This document shows, piece by piece, positions 47,704-60,765 of a stretch of 64,000 nucleotides of DNA. Source of the stretch: Felis catus. Taxonomy: Eukaryota. The notes under the pieces are model-generated. The model was not told the origin of the DNA. It worked only from the letters and a program-made list of their open reading frames with translations, and made no database searches. The stretch spans positions 52,576,001 through 52,640,000 of the forward strand of contig NC_058368.1 in NCBI RefSeq assembly GCF_018350175.1. The letters run 5' to 3'. The translations under genes were made by a program, and so were the position numbers. Position 1 is the stretch's first letter. Each line of letters starts with the position of its first letter.

Positions 47704-48125
47704 TGTTGTACCAAAATTCATATGCCCCCACCACACGCCTAAAATTCATATGCCAAAGCCCTGACTCCCAATACCACAGAATGTGACTGTGTTTAGAGAT
47801 AGGGCCTTTTAAAGAAGTAATTAAGGTAATGTGATGTCATATGGGCGGGACCTAATCCAATTTGACTGGAGTCCTTATGAAAGAGGAAACTTGGATGCAC
47901 AGAGAAACACCAGGGGCATGCCTGCAAAAAGAGCAACCATGCGAAGAAGCCACAGGAAGGCAGCCATCTTTGAGCCAAGGAGAGAGGCCCCCAAAACAAT
48001 CCAACGTGCCCACACCCTGCTATCAGACTTCTAGCTTCTAGAACTGTGACAAAATACGTTTCTCTTGTTTGAGCCACCCGGCTAGGTGTTATTTTGTTAT
48101 GGCAGCTCTATGGCAGCTCGTGTAT
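47704..48125 (+). mobile_element. MLT1B-type solo LTR
   Basis: 'aaaattcatatgccaaagccctgactcccaataccacagaatgtgactgtgtttagagatagggcc' and 'tcagacttctagcttctagaactgtgac...ttttgttatggcagc'. Confidence 0.9.
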
Positions 48126-48584
48126 TCTTCAAAGTAACTTTGAGGGGGACAAGAAGTCTGACATTTGAGTGACAATGTGTTGACATAAGCATCTAAACTC
48201 TTAAGTCTTTTCATGGGTTCAGCATTTATTTCCACAGTTAGTCTGGTGGCCTGGCACACACAGATTCTTAATAAGTATTTGTCGAATGTATATATGAATG
48301 AATGAATGCACACCTGCATGACTGAATGAATGAATATTAAGAAGGTGATAAGCCTCTGGTGCCGGGCACACCACAACAGACAGCTGACAGATTCACAGGA
48401 ACAATGACTAAATGCTTATTATATGCCAGGCACTGTGCAGTAAAAACTATAAAAAGCAAATGCAAGAACATAAAACCTTAGGAGTCTGAGGGCTTTTAGA
48501 GTAAGGAAAAATGGTCCATGTTACCACTTCATTATCTTTGCAAAACACCACTGTGTAATCACTGGCCCAGAGAGGCAGGGCTGT

Positions 48585-48840
48585 TCGTGGGAAGGAACAC
48601 TAGGCTTGGAGCCAGAAGACTTCGGTTTGCTTTCTTGTTCTGGCACTCATGAGAGATCCTTGGGAAAGTCATTTCGCCATCCTGAGCCTCAGTTTCCTCT
48701 TCTATAAAACAGGGATGTTGATACCCACCCCACCTATGCCATAAAGCTGAGGCGAAGATCCAGAGTAGGAGGTATGTGTGTGAAAATGATCGCGAGCCCA
48801 TAAAATGTTGTGTACATTAAAGGTATCCTGTTAATAATGA
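48585..48840 (+). mobile_element. MIR
   Basis: 'gatccttgggaaagtcatttcgccatcctgagcctcagtttcctcttctataaaacagggat'. Confidence 0.8.
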
Positions 48841-48973
48841 TAACCTTGAATCATTAAGTAAACATTAGCATGGATTCTGCACATTAAATCTTATATGAAA
48901 GGGCATACACAAAAGATTTTTTTAAGGCATTCCATTCAAGTTAATAATCTCCTTTAAAAACTCAGGTCACCTA

Positions 48974-49200
48974 GGGGCGCCTGGGTGGCTCGGTCGGTTG
49001 AGCGTCCAACTTCTGCTTAGGTCATGATCTCACGGTCCGGTCTGTGAGCGCGAGCCCCGGGTCGGGCTCTGTGCTGACAACTCAGAGCCTGGAGCCTGCT
49101 TGGAATTCTGTGTCTCCCTCTCTCCCTGCACCTTCCCCACTCAAACTTTGTCTCTCTCTCTCTCTCTCTCTCTCTCAAAAATAAATAAACATTTAAAAAA
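48974..49200 (+). mobile_element. Felid SINE
   Basis: Head, body and tail; TSD TCAGGTCACCTA at 48962-48973 and 49214-49225. Confidence 0.96.
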
Positions 49201-49362
49201 ATTTTTTTTTAATTCAGGTCACCTAAAAGTTTATTTGGAAAAGTCACATAGGTGGTGGCAACTCACGCCTGATGATACTAATAAATGTGGTCACCCTTCA
49301 GTTTTTAAGACAGTATTTCTGATGGTAATTATTTGAAAGCTTTTGCCATGGGCAATTCTGAC

Positions 49363-49587
49363 TTTTTTTTTTTTAATTTTTTTTAACGTTTATTTATTTT
49401 TGAGACAGAGCGAGACAGAGCATGAACAGGGGAGAAGCAGAGAGAGAGGGAGACACAGAATCTGAAACAGGCTCCAGGCTCTGAGCTGTCAGCACAGAGC
49501 CCGACCCGGGGCTCGAACTCACGGACTGTGAGATCATGACCTGAACCGAAGTCGGACGCTTAACCGACCAAGCCACCCAGGCGCCCC
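49363..49587 (-). mobile_element. Felid SINE
   Basis: Reverse orientation; TSD AATTCTGAC at 49354-49362 and 49588-49596. Confidence 0.97.
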
Positions 49588-49792
49588 AATTCTGACCTTT
49601 AGATTTCTGGTTTTTTAAAAGTGTCGTAATAACCAATTAGCAAGTTCCAGTGAAAAACAGAATTTATTATTTTGGCTGATAGATGCAGAAAAAAACAAGA
49701 CATCTGTGCAAATAGTGATGTATTTTAGATTTGTTGAATTGTTCATTGTTAATATATTATATTTCTTTTTCACTTTAACAATTTAATACAGA

Positions 49793-50025
49793 GGGGCGCC
49801 TGGGTGGCTCAGTCAGTTACGCGTCTAACTTTGGCTCAGGTTACGCTCTCACAGTCCATGAGTTCGAACCCCACATTGGGCTCTGTGCTGACAGCTCAGA
49901 GCCTGGAGCCTGCTTCAGATTCTGTGTCTCCCTCTCTCTCTCTCTGCCCCTCCTCCACTCATTCTCTCCCCCCCTTCTCTCTCTCTGTCTCTCTCAAAAA
50001 TAAACATTAAAAAATTATTTTTAAA
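49793..50025 (+). mobile_element. Felid SINE
   Basis: Head, body and tail; decayed TSD atttaatacaga / atgtaatataga. Confidence 0.95.
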
Positions 50026-51169
50026 AATGTAATATAGAAAACCTGATTTCATAGACATAGCCACAACACATTTTTTCCTGCATTACACAAAAGTAATGGA
50101 AAAGAAAGCAAGACATGAGAGGAGAGGAACAAAAGAAATGTAGATCAGTAAAATCAATATTTAGCAAAACCCCAAGGTGGAACTATCTAATTCATTTTTT
50201 TTTAAATATTGCCAACCCTTGAATATTTTTCAATAAATAGTAGCAAAAAATAATAAATGTCTGGATTTCCACTTAAGTATTTGCAACACAAATCTTTTCA
50301 ACTTCTCCTTTTCTTTATTTTCACTGGAGAAAATATCTAGCGTTGTGCTAGAAATGTATGCTGTATTGCATTTGTTCTTATAGAGGCAATATGGCAGCTT
50401 TAATGGAGTAATGTCGTAAGAACATGGTCTGGTAGGACACCATAGCTAATAACTTTCAAATCCAAGTTGCTTTTTTCACAACTGCAGGCATAAGCAATTT
50501 CAAAATATCTGAGTTATAATACAGAAATTGGATTACTAATCCAGCCTATTTTTCTCAGGTAAATCTGATATGAAATGTTGGCCATTCACCCTAATTAAAC
50601 AGAGAGTAATTGATAGTCGGTCCTACTTCCACATCTGTAACCCAGGTACCATCAAAGACCAACTTTCTTCAATGATACATTGAAGCAGAAATTCTTGGCT
50701 TATTTACCTCCCAGAATAATGTATGAATATAGTCAGATGATTGGATGCCTTTGGTGTGGATATCTATGCAACTGTGAATGCATTCAGATTAAGAAAATAA
50801 GGAATGCTTTACAAATACACATGATACTGTTAATATAAGTTCCTGAATGCACTCTAAAACATCATTATCTAGATTTGTGTTCAGACCAGGAGGATGACAG
50901 ACCAATTCGTAAATCTAATAAAACTTACATTCAAAAAGAAACGTTTTTATATATTTCCTACGTGTTTGACAGTCTTTGAACTGTTTTTTTTTTTTTCTAT
51001 GTGATTCTTACTTCCTTTTGGAATAAGTTTTTTCCTGTCTTTGTCAACCAATTAGTCAACAACTTTCATTATAGATACATTATACATACTATTGATACAT
51101 TAAAAGTAGCTTATATTCTTCATAGATTTATAATTAAGTATCTTCCATATATTTCCTGGGTGTTTTTCT

Positions 51170-52075
51170 TTTTGGTTTTTCTAACTCATGAAAAATTCCA
51201 AACACAATAACTTGAAAAAAATAACATTTAGATACCTTCCTTTTAGACTTAACAATTATTAACATTTTCCATGTTTGCTTTCTCTTTCTCTGTGTATATG
51301 TATGCATAAGGACATTCTCAAATATACCACGATAGTATCTTATAACTAAAAATTTTTAATTACTGTTGAATTTTTATGGAATAAAAATTGTTGCATAAAT
51401 ATCACCTAGATCCAGTCGCACTCACATTTTCCTAACAGTCCTTGCCAAAAAAAGAAGTCATCCCATTGCTCGTTTGCCATGGACGTTGTTGTTGTTATTT
51501 CACATATTTCACGGAGTTGTTATAGTTCCTTATTCTCTTTTAATTCAGAAAAGTCCCCCTGCCTGCCTTTTTTTCCCCATGATATTGAACTTTTTTAAGC
51601 ATTCAGGTCCAATTGTCTTACACAGACTATCCCATTTGCTGGATAAAACTGGTCACTTCTTCAAGATGCACTTTCACTTGTACCCCCTTCCCCTGTATTT
51701 CTTTAAACTGGAAGTTAGCTGAGAGACTCAACTGGATTTAGATTAAACATTTTTGGCCAGAATAGTTCAAGGGTGGTACTTGATACCTCATGTTTGATTA
51801 TCTAGTAACATATAAGGCCTTCTTGTCCCTCTGGAAGCCACAAACTTGACTATTTGGTAAAGGCAGTGACCACTTGACCTCTCCATTGTAAACTTACATT
51901 TTGTCCTGTTTCAGTCTAAACCATGAATATCCCCTTCCTCAACACCCAATGACTTAGCATCTACCGACCGCACACACATGAGTTGATTATGATATTAAGG
52001 ACTATAAAATGGTGACTTTCTAACTGTATCCTTTATTCCACATTTATTATTGACAGTTTTCTCTAAAGAATTATC
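51170..52075 (-). mobile_element. Old L1M (L1MC/ME-like) 3' UTR
   Basis: 'aacaattattaacattttccatgtttgctt', 'tgtatttctttaaactggaagttagct...tggatttagattaaacatttttggccagaat', 'ctctccattgtaaa'. Confidence 0.75.
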
Positions 52076-53088
52076 CTCTTTTTCTTGCTTTGTTTTGTTT
52101 CCCCTCACATGGGATGGTTATTTTTAATATTTTATCTTTTAGTCCTCATAACTTCTCTAATGTAAATAATATCACCCCTACTTTACAAGTGGAGAAACTG
52201 AAGCATAATTAGTAACTTGCTCAGCTAGCTAGTAAATCGCAGATACAGACATGGAATTCAGCTGTCACCCATATTCTTATACCATGGCTGATTATATCCC
52301 GGTTACCTCATAATATACAGGCTCACTTGATATAAGGCATCTGTTCAACCCCTTAATTACCAAAGGTCTTTCTCTTCAAATACTTCTGCTGTGGAACCAC
52401 GACTAAGCTTCCCGTTAGAAAAGTTCAAGAACCAACATCTAAATGCTCCCAGTACAGGCTCTAGGGTCTGGGCTCTGATAAATGAAAAATAAAAATAGGT
52501 GATGTGCTGGCCAGTAATGGGATGACATTCCTCACTCCACACTCTAGTAACTAAAGATGACATTGAAAAATCTGGGATGCTCTTAGAAAGGGGGCAAATG
52601 GGATATTGACCCATCAAGAGTTTGTAGACCAAATCCCTTGAAACCACCAGTTGCACAATTTCCAGGTGATTCTCTTATTGGCATTGGCCGTGTCTCAGAA
52701 TTTGGCTGGGGAAAGATGAGTTGTTCAACGTAAAGCTAATTTTGTTCTATTATAATTATTTAGAACTACAAATGTTGGGCATATATGCACCTGGGCAGCC
52801 AGTACAGTTTCCATCTACCTATTTCCTCCCCCTCTACTCTTCTTTCCTTCATCTACAAAATAGAATTATTAATAAGAGCACATGAGTTATGGAAGATAGT
52901 ATATAAAGTTTCCAAATAGCATCTGGCACTACCCTTCTCTATTTCAGTTTTCCTTTCTCCTTTTTTCCTCTTTCTCATTCTCCTATTATTCCTTCCTGGA
53001 AAGAAGCAGCCACTGGTACAAAGAAAAGGTGGTTAGGTGACCTAAATTAATTCTTCTAGGAAAAACATTTAATACTAAGTGCCTATGA

Positions 53089-53295
53089 GGATGGCCTGGG
53101 TAGCTTAGTTGGTTAAGTGTCCGAGTCTTGATTTCAGTTCAGGTCATGATCTCACCGTTCATGAGATTGAGCCCTGTGTCGGGCTCTGGGCTGACAGCAC
53201 AGAGCCTACTTGGAATTCTCTCTCTCCCTCTCTCTATCCTTCCCCCACTCATCCTTGCTCTCTCTCTCTCAAAATAAATGAATAAACTTAAAAGA
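53089..53295 (+). mobile_element. CanSINE
   Basis: Perfect 18-bp TSD AATACTAAGTGCCTATGA at 53071-53088 and 53296-53313. Confidence 0.96.
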
Positions 53296-53974
53296 AATAC
53301 TAAGTGCCTATGATTAAATAGGTGTGGTAAAAGATCTTAGAGACAAAAACATGTGAAAAATTTCCCCCAGAAAGTGTAGAGCAAATATCTGTTACAATGT
53401 AAATGCAAAAATAAAGGTCTGCACACTGTTTGGGGAGCTCAGAGGAAGAAACATCCTCAGCACTGTGACTCTGTGAGTTCTTGAAGCCCGGCGTGTCTCG
53501 TAAGCACTGATTAGGGAGGAACAGTTGCTTCATTTCCTTGTAACAACAAAGAAAGGTTATGGGATTTTGTTAGTTTTAATTAAAGAAGAATCTAAAAGGA
53601 AGGTTAATGTGAACCTGAACTGATCTCAAAGAGTAGACTTGCAGGAAAAGGTTTCCTGTGAGATTTGTTGAAAAGTGAGAGCAAAGACCCTAGGACCCCA
53701 GAAATTATTTTCATGAGCAGAATTTGCACAACCTCAGCTCAGTCAGGAAGGCCAGAATGGTGTGTTCCCAGAATTGTTCTTCCAGCCGTCAGCGCCATTT
53801 TGACATCCTTCAGTCATGGGGATGTTTGCGCTCATTTCGTTAGAAGATCACAGACCCACATCAACTCACATTTAGACCACAGAGCCCAGGGATGAGCGAA
53901 CTCCCCTTGGGAAGAAGCCCCACCCCGAATATCCTGAGCCAGCTGTAGACAGCCAGTTTCTAAAGTTCAGTTAG

Positions 53975-54140
53975 GTTCCTCAGCAGTGAACTTGTTGTAT
54001 GACCTTGAGTGAGTCACTTAATATCTCTTGACTATGTTTCCTCATTTGTACAATGGGGACAGAGATGCTGACCTTTCCCTCATGCCCACTTTGAGGAACA
54101 GCTCATTAGCAATCACAAAGTACTTTGAAAATGTAAATGC
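53975..54140 (+). mobile_element. MIR fragment
   Basis: 'tgtatgaccttgagtgagtcacttaatatctcttgactatgtttcctcatttgtacaatgggg'. Confidence 0.75.
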
Positions 54141-54831
54141 TGAATTATAATTTTAATCAACAAATTAACCTTGGTGCTTCCCACTCAATCACTCCCTCCT
54201 GGGTAAACGATCAAAAATGTTGGCTGACTCAGACACTTCTAGTCCGGAATTCACCCCACACACAAAACATGGCTCCTCCAGAGATCCATTAGAAGTCCTT
54301 TTCTGCCCCTGTCATCACACCGCAGGTGCTTTTCTACCACTGATCAGGACACAGGAACCCCAATGTATTTGAAGAGTATTCAAACTCGTACTTAACAGAC
54401 ACTTCAACTCCAAGGAAATTATGATAAAGAAAGTAACAAGCCCAACCCCAGGGAGGTGTAAACTATATTTTCTCTGGGTTTGTGAAGGTTTTCAATTATG
54501 AAACTATGTGATTATTAATTTATTTTTAACAAATATTCGCTGAATATTTAAAATGTGCACGTTAGAATGAAATTCTTTTATAGCTCAGCCAGTAGGAATC
54601 CTGTAGCAATAAGATCAATGGGCCAGTGGTCGTTGGTAGCAAAGTAAAGAACAGTCTCATAGCCAGGGCTGGGCTGTAGGCAGGGTAGGTTGCGCAAACA
54701 GCAAGTCTCCACTGGGTACCTGACGTGGCCTGGTCCTCACGTCGCTCAAAGCATTTAGTGTCAAGCACATCTTTGTAAAAATGACTCTTCATTTACCAAT
54801 AAAGCAAGCAATCCAGTGCTGGATTGTATTC

Positions 54832-55015
54832 TTTTTTAAATTTTTTTGAGAGAGAGAGAGCATGAGGAGGAGAGAGGAGCAGAGGGGAAAGAGAGAATCC
54901 CTTTCCACTTTTAGCACAGAATCTGACACAGGGCTCAATCCCACGACCCTGGGATCATGACCTGAGCTGAAATCAAGAGTCAGACACTCAACTGACTGAG
55001 CCACCCACGTGACCC
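54832..55015 (-). mobile_element. CanSINE (older subfamily)
   Basis: 'gatcatgacctgagctgaaatcaagagtcagacactcaactgactgagccaccca'; TSD ctggattgtatt / ctggattgaatt. Confidence 0.93.
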
Positions 55016-55419
55016 TGGATTGAATTTTAAGTGGACACTCCCCAATCTAGGAAAAGAAACATGCCAAATCCTCTGACACTAAATACTCTTTGAACTGAAA
55101 CCAGAGGTGCTTCCCTTCGAGCTGAAACCAGAGGTAACTTGAGTCATAAACCCAACTAGAAATAAACGCCAGGAATATATCCCCTTAGGGGAAGTTGCAT
55201 ACATACATTTACTAAGTTCCATTAATAGTTGCAGGTAGAATAAAACATAGAGTCTTCATTGAAGTGATTATATTTTCTTTCAGACTTAATCTGAGCCATC
55301 CAAGAGCTACTGTGCTTACATGAGTCATTCGCTATTTCAACACCTATTATTAATTACAAAGTTGTTGTGGCTATACCTGTTACGGGTTGATAAAATACAA
55401 CCACCTCTGGTAGTTAGTA

Positions 55420-55610
55420 GATAGATTTGGAACCCAAGCACAACACATTCTAACACTGTGATTTGGGGAATCACTCACACTCTCTTAGCTTGAAATTCCA
55501 CCTTGATGAAATAAGAATAATAATAAATGCCCTTCCTAAACCAGGGCCATTGGGAGGCACTAATGGAATGATGTATGTAAAAACATTTTGTAAGCTATAA
55601 AGCACTCTGA
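55420..55610 (+). mobile_element. MIR fragment
   Basis: 'ctgtgatttggggaatcactcacactctcttagcttgaaattccaccttgatgaaataagaataataa...gtatgtaaaaacattttgtaagctataaagcact'. Confidence 0.65.
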
Positions 55611-56784
55611 GTTTAAAGGATGGTGATTATGATTACTTCTATTAAATCTTCACGGAACAGGTGAATTTGGAAACCCCTCATTAAATGAATAAAAAGGGCA
55701 CACAGATATTAGTACGGTGCCTGTAGATAGTAATAAATAAGTGTGGATTATCATGCATAGAATAATAAGAAAATAATATTTTCTTCAGATTATGCCTTTG
55801 ATTAAAAAGATATAACTGGCTTCAGTGTACTTTTCACAGCTATCACATTTATGACCTTTACAATTAACTTCTAAAACATTCATATTTAAATGGCATACCA
55901 TAAAAATAATGGATTCAGAAAAATTACCATATGTGGCAAGAACAAAGAAAAACCCAAAAACTTCTCTCTACCCCCAAAGAGTTTCAGAAGTTTCAGATTA
56001 ATGAAATTCAGTACTCTCTCAGATGGTATAGACCCACAAACAAAATATCATTTTTAAAAGAATCTAACTCCCTGGTGTCACCAAAACCTGTGGACCACTG
56101 CTACTTAACTGTGATGAGATACAGGACAAAATATAGTAAATGGGTAAATAGGCAGGTGAAATGCAATACGGATTTCTAAAACAGTCATCGAACAAGTTTA
56201 CATATGTTAGCAAATATCTACATGTATTAGTATAAATAAATTATGAAATAGTAAAATGACATAAAATAAAATGATATACAACAAACCTTATAACAATGCA
56301 AATTTAGTCCTTGGTTCATTTTCTTCTTAAAAATTATTTTTTCACATTTCCCTAAATACTTTTGAAAATATTCATGTGCCATCTGTTATTGATTTACAAT
56401 ACTACAATTTTTTGTTTTATAAGCCTCTATTCTCTTCCGCAGAGAAGATACAGACTAATTTTTTATAGTTCTCTATATAACCAGCCTTCATATCTTGGGA
56501 GACATGTTTGGAGACAAGCATGCACTCAATTTTGCTTCCCCAATCTGCTCTCTTAAGAGACAGGGGAGATACAACGTTATGTCCTTGATGGCGTGAGTAG
56601 AACAGAATCGATCTCTCTCTCTCTTCCCTTCTCTCTTTCTCCCACCCCACTCCTTTCCCCCTCTCTCTGTCTTTGGGGCCCTCTGGAACAACAATTAAAG
56701 TGTTAGAAAAAAGCAAGTCTATTTTTCAAACATTTTCCCCAAGGATTTTTTCTCTATTTATCTAACGGTGCATTCAGTGCATTT

Positions 56785-57250
56785 TTCTCTATTTACCTAA
56801 CAGTGATTTGATGCATAACAAATCACTCCAATACTCAGCTTCTTAATATAACAAACATTTATCCTTTCATAGTTTCCATGGGTCAGGCATCTAGGTATGG
56901 TTTAGCTGGGTCCCTCAGACTCCAGGTCTCTCATGAGCTTACAGTCAAGCTGTCAGCTGGACTATGATCACCACAATCCCCAACTGGGACTGAAGGTATT
57001 AATTTCTCTCTCAACTATTGTAGCCAGGCTGAAGATCTGCATTCCCCTTTGGCCTCAGCTCCTCCATATGCCCTATGGGCATCTCCATAGGACTGCTCAC
57101 AACATGGCAAGTGATCCGGGGGAGTGTGCAAGAGAGCACCACAAAGGAGGCCACAGTCTCTTTATAACCTAACCTCAGAAATAACATCCCAGCATTCTTG
57201 CCATAGTCTAGTCATTAGAAGGGTCCAGCCCCACTCAAGGGGCTTATATA
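56785..57250 (-). mobile_element. MLT1F/G/H-type solo LTR remnant
   Basis: 'gcataacaaatcactcca...ttccatgggtcaggcatctaggtatggtttagctgggtcc' and 'gctcacaacatggca...ttttataacctaacctcagaaataaca'. Confidence 0.75.
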
Positions 57251-60200
57251 GCATTGCATATCATTCTTAGATCACTCTATAAAATGCAAAACAGTGACAG
57301 ATGAGTTTATTTCCTAAGAAACAAAATTAACATACTCAGCGTGACTAACTCCACTCGTAAAATGCTTTTGACGAATCCAATTTTTTTTCCCAAAAGAACC
57401 TAATTTATTCATTTCAAAATTGTTTCTGATCAAACCCCTAAACAATAGAGTACCTAAGCTGTGCTAGGCACTGGGCTTGGTGCCGACTGTACAAAGAAAC
57501 AGACAGCCTCTGCCTTCAAGCACCTTTTAATTTTGAACTTTGTTGTTTATTTCCAGATCTTTGAAAATCTTTTTAAATATTTTAGTTATTTGGATTTTGT
57601 TTTGTTTTGTTGAAACAAGAAATGATTACCCTTCTAAATAAATATGGAATTAATTGTGCCCTTCCAAAGAGCTTCAAAGCTCTTGAAGTGTCAATATCTC
57701 TCTGGATCTTAGATTCCCTAAATAAATAGAGATTCAGTTTACAGTTACACAAGCTAACACATAAAAGAATTAGGTTGTCTGTCTTGTGCCACAAAGAGAA
57801 GAAAGATAATGGAATAAAAGAATCTGTCTTAACCTTAGTGGTTATCCACTTCCTTATTCACCAGGGATTACTGGCTTTCTCTGAGCTCAACAAGCCAGTT
57901 AGAATCATCATTAATTTCACAAAACTTCTCATGTAGTTCATTTTTACTCTTTTACCTCTTTATCCCTTGACTCACTGTAATGTACCCCTTTCACCTTTTC
58001 CCTGCTCTGATCTTTGCATTAAAGCATTTAATTTTTGCATCATACAGTTGTTCCTTATCTCTCTTTCATTCCAAACACACTGTGCTTTACACTAAATCCT
58101 TGAGACCACCTTCAAAAATCCATGTCACATGTGCTTTTGCTCTTGAGGATTCTTGTTCTTTAGTGGTATTGTGATCAGATCAGGTTGGCTTTTATTAAAT
58201 CTTAGTTGACAACAGCGTCTTTCCAAAGAAGAGAATTTGAGCTTCACCTCCATGCACAAAACCAAGTCATGCCTATTTCAACCATTCGTATTAGGATTTG
58301 CACTACCTCCAGAGTTTTCTCCCGGTCTGAAATCAGATAATGGGAGAGTCTTCGTACAAAGTAACAGTCTGTGAAGCAAGATACAGGAGTCCTAAGACAG
58401 AGTTGGCTCCTTAAAATAATTTAAGGGGAATGATAATAATATGGCATGCTAATAGTCCACCCACATAAAAGTGAATTATTTCAGTTATGTTTCTATCTAT
58501 TTTAGTGTAACAGGGTAAAGGTTACAGAGCAAATAGTTAAAGAGTCTACTCCATTGATATTCAACATCTTCACGGCAATATAAAATGCCATACAAGACAC
58601 TTTTCTGGTGTTTGACACCACATCTGCCTAAGCTTGTAACATTGCTGGTCTAATTCTTAAGAATAAGCATTATGACTTTCAGGTATCTGGAACTCTGAAA
58701 AACTTAAAGAGAAAAACATTTTTGGAAAAAAGGATTACAAAACAAAGATAGTTGTTGTTCATCCAACTGAATTATATAAACACCACTGGATCCATGGGTT
58801 AATGACATAAAATCTAAATGTGTTATAGCAGTGAGTGGTCATAAGAGCATAAATTGCTGTCACTGACAATCAGGCAGTCTGGGACCTGTAGGGAAACCAG
58901 ACGTGTTCATGGCTTCTACCGTGGTTAGCAATATACAATAAACAGCAAAAATGGGCCTCCAGAGGGAATCTGCAAAGGGTTGTAGACAGATGTTCTGAAT
59001 CTTAGAGTCCAACAGAAGTGTATTTAGGTCAAGGAATAAGGTTGAACAAGGAGAGAAAGAGCAGAAACAGAATTTGTTGTGTGACCTCTAGAAGCTGTTT
59101 CAACAGAAAATTGTCTTGATATGTGCTTTCTAAAGAGAAATGAGATTAGTTCTGGACTACAGTTAAGCTAACATTAAAAATATGGATCTAAATGAAATTA
59201 CATTGAAAATGTTGTAGTGTTTGAGAGTTCTATGACAGGGTCCACAGAAATTTTTTTAAATAGAATTCATTGCCAACAGAACCAAATAGCAGTGTGGTTT
59301 TCTTAAATGAGGCTTGCTTTTATATCAGTTGTTCAGTTAAATTAAACTTCCTGAGAAAAGTCATTTTAATTCTTCTACATACCCTTCTTCTTTCTAATAT
59401 CTATGCAAAGATAAAGAAATTGATGTATCCAATAAAAGCATGAGTCACACTGGTATGACTGGGATTTTTTTTTCCATTATATATATAATGTTATAGATAT
59501 AATTATTGATTTATAATATAGGTAAATATTTGTACTTGTAGTTAATTCTATTTTTATCTATTTTATACATATTTTTTCTATTAAATATATGTGTGTGTAT
59601 ATAAAATCAAAATTATGTTTGATTCTCCACTGAGAATTAAGAAACATAGGAATAGAATCCTACATAATCTCATAGGATCCTAGGTGTAGTCTTGCTACTT
59701 CTGTATATTAGGAAACTGTTATAATAGGTAATAATATTAATAGCTCAGATAATAGATTATTTAAACAATTATTCTAATAACTACGTTACCAAATTTCCAT
59801 CTTTTTCCTTTACCCCAACTTATTACTCCCTTGTCCCCACTACTTGGCTCTCCTAACCTCTGTCTCAGACACACTTATGACTCACTCCAGGCCAGATCGG
59901 CTCCCTAGACTGTGCTTGGTTTCTAAAACTACTTCTAGAACTAAAATATTGGTATTTCTAGAATCTTCATCACCCCTACCCTCTAATCCTATCCACCCTT
60001 ATCATGAAGAGAATGAGAAAATGACATAAGTTGTCCCCACATAGGAGAAGGTCCACGCAACTTCTCAGTATAGACAAGGCTCATCAAATCATATTCCCAC
60101 TCATTCTCTCATCCATTTTTGGGTGGTCCGGATGAAGGATAGTTTGCTGATGCTAGGCTACTAACTCCACAAGATTGGACCTCCTATAAAACGGAACCCA

Positions 60201-60668
60201 TGTAGTGGTCTCAGGTTAGATTATTCCTGTTTCTGAAAAGTACACCAAAGAGTAGCATTGAAATATCAAAATATTACTACCATGCCCAAAGTGACCTATT
60301 GTGAGAATAATAAAAATATGTTTATACATGTGCACTATATTTCTACTCCTATGTTTGGAGTCATGGAATTCAGGAAGATGAGGAAACAGTAAAATGTGAC
60401 TTAAAAAATAAGGGCTGTTTAGACCTCTTTGTTATAATGGGGATAAGAACTTAGTTTTCATTTGAAATTTTTGGAAAAGAGTGACAACCAAGAATACATC
60501 ATACCATATCAAACTAAAGTATGAAATGTTTGTAATTCAGTTATGAAGCTAAGGGCTACAAAATCCTTGAACATTTAAGGAAAAGTGAAAGAAAAAGAAA
60601 TGGCTCCTATCAAACATCAAAGCTGAGCTTTTGCTACCATTTAGTGCAGTTCCCTCCCTGACCCTCGC

Positions 60669-60765
60669 TTTTTTTTTAAAGTAAGCTCTACACCCAACAT
60701 GGGATTGAACTTATGACCCGAGATCAAGAGTCTCATGCTGTATCAACTGAGCCAGCCAGGCACCC
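60669..60765 (-). mobile_element. Short tRNA-Lys-derived carnivore SINE without a CT tract
   Basis: 'gtaagctctacacccaacatgggattgaacttatgacccgagatcaagagtctcatgctgtatcaactgagccagccaggcaccc' with a poly-T tail. Confidence 0.9.

Noticed and set aside
2627-53001. Six TTCC(A/T)GGAA STAT sites (2627, 14417, 22608, 37624, 46102, 52993)
   Set aside because: They are dispersed rather than clustered, one lies inside an L1, and CCWGG-containing words are common in mammalian DNA.
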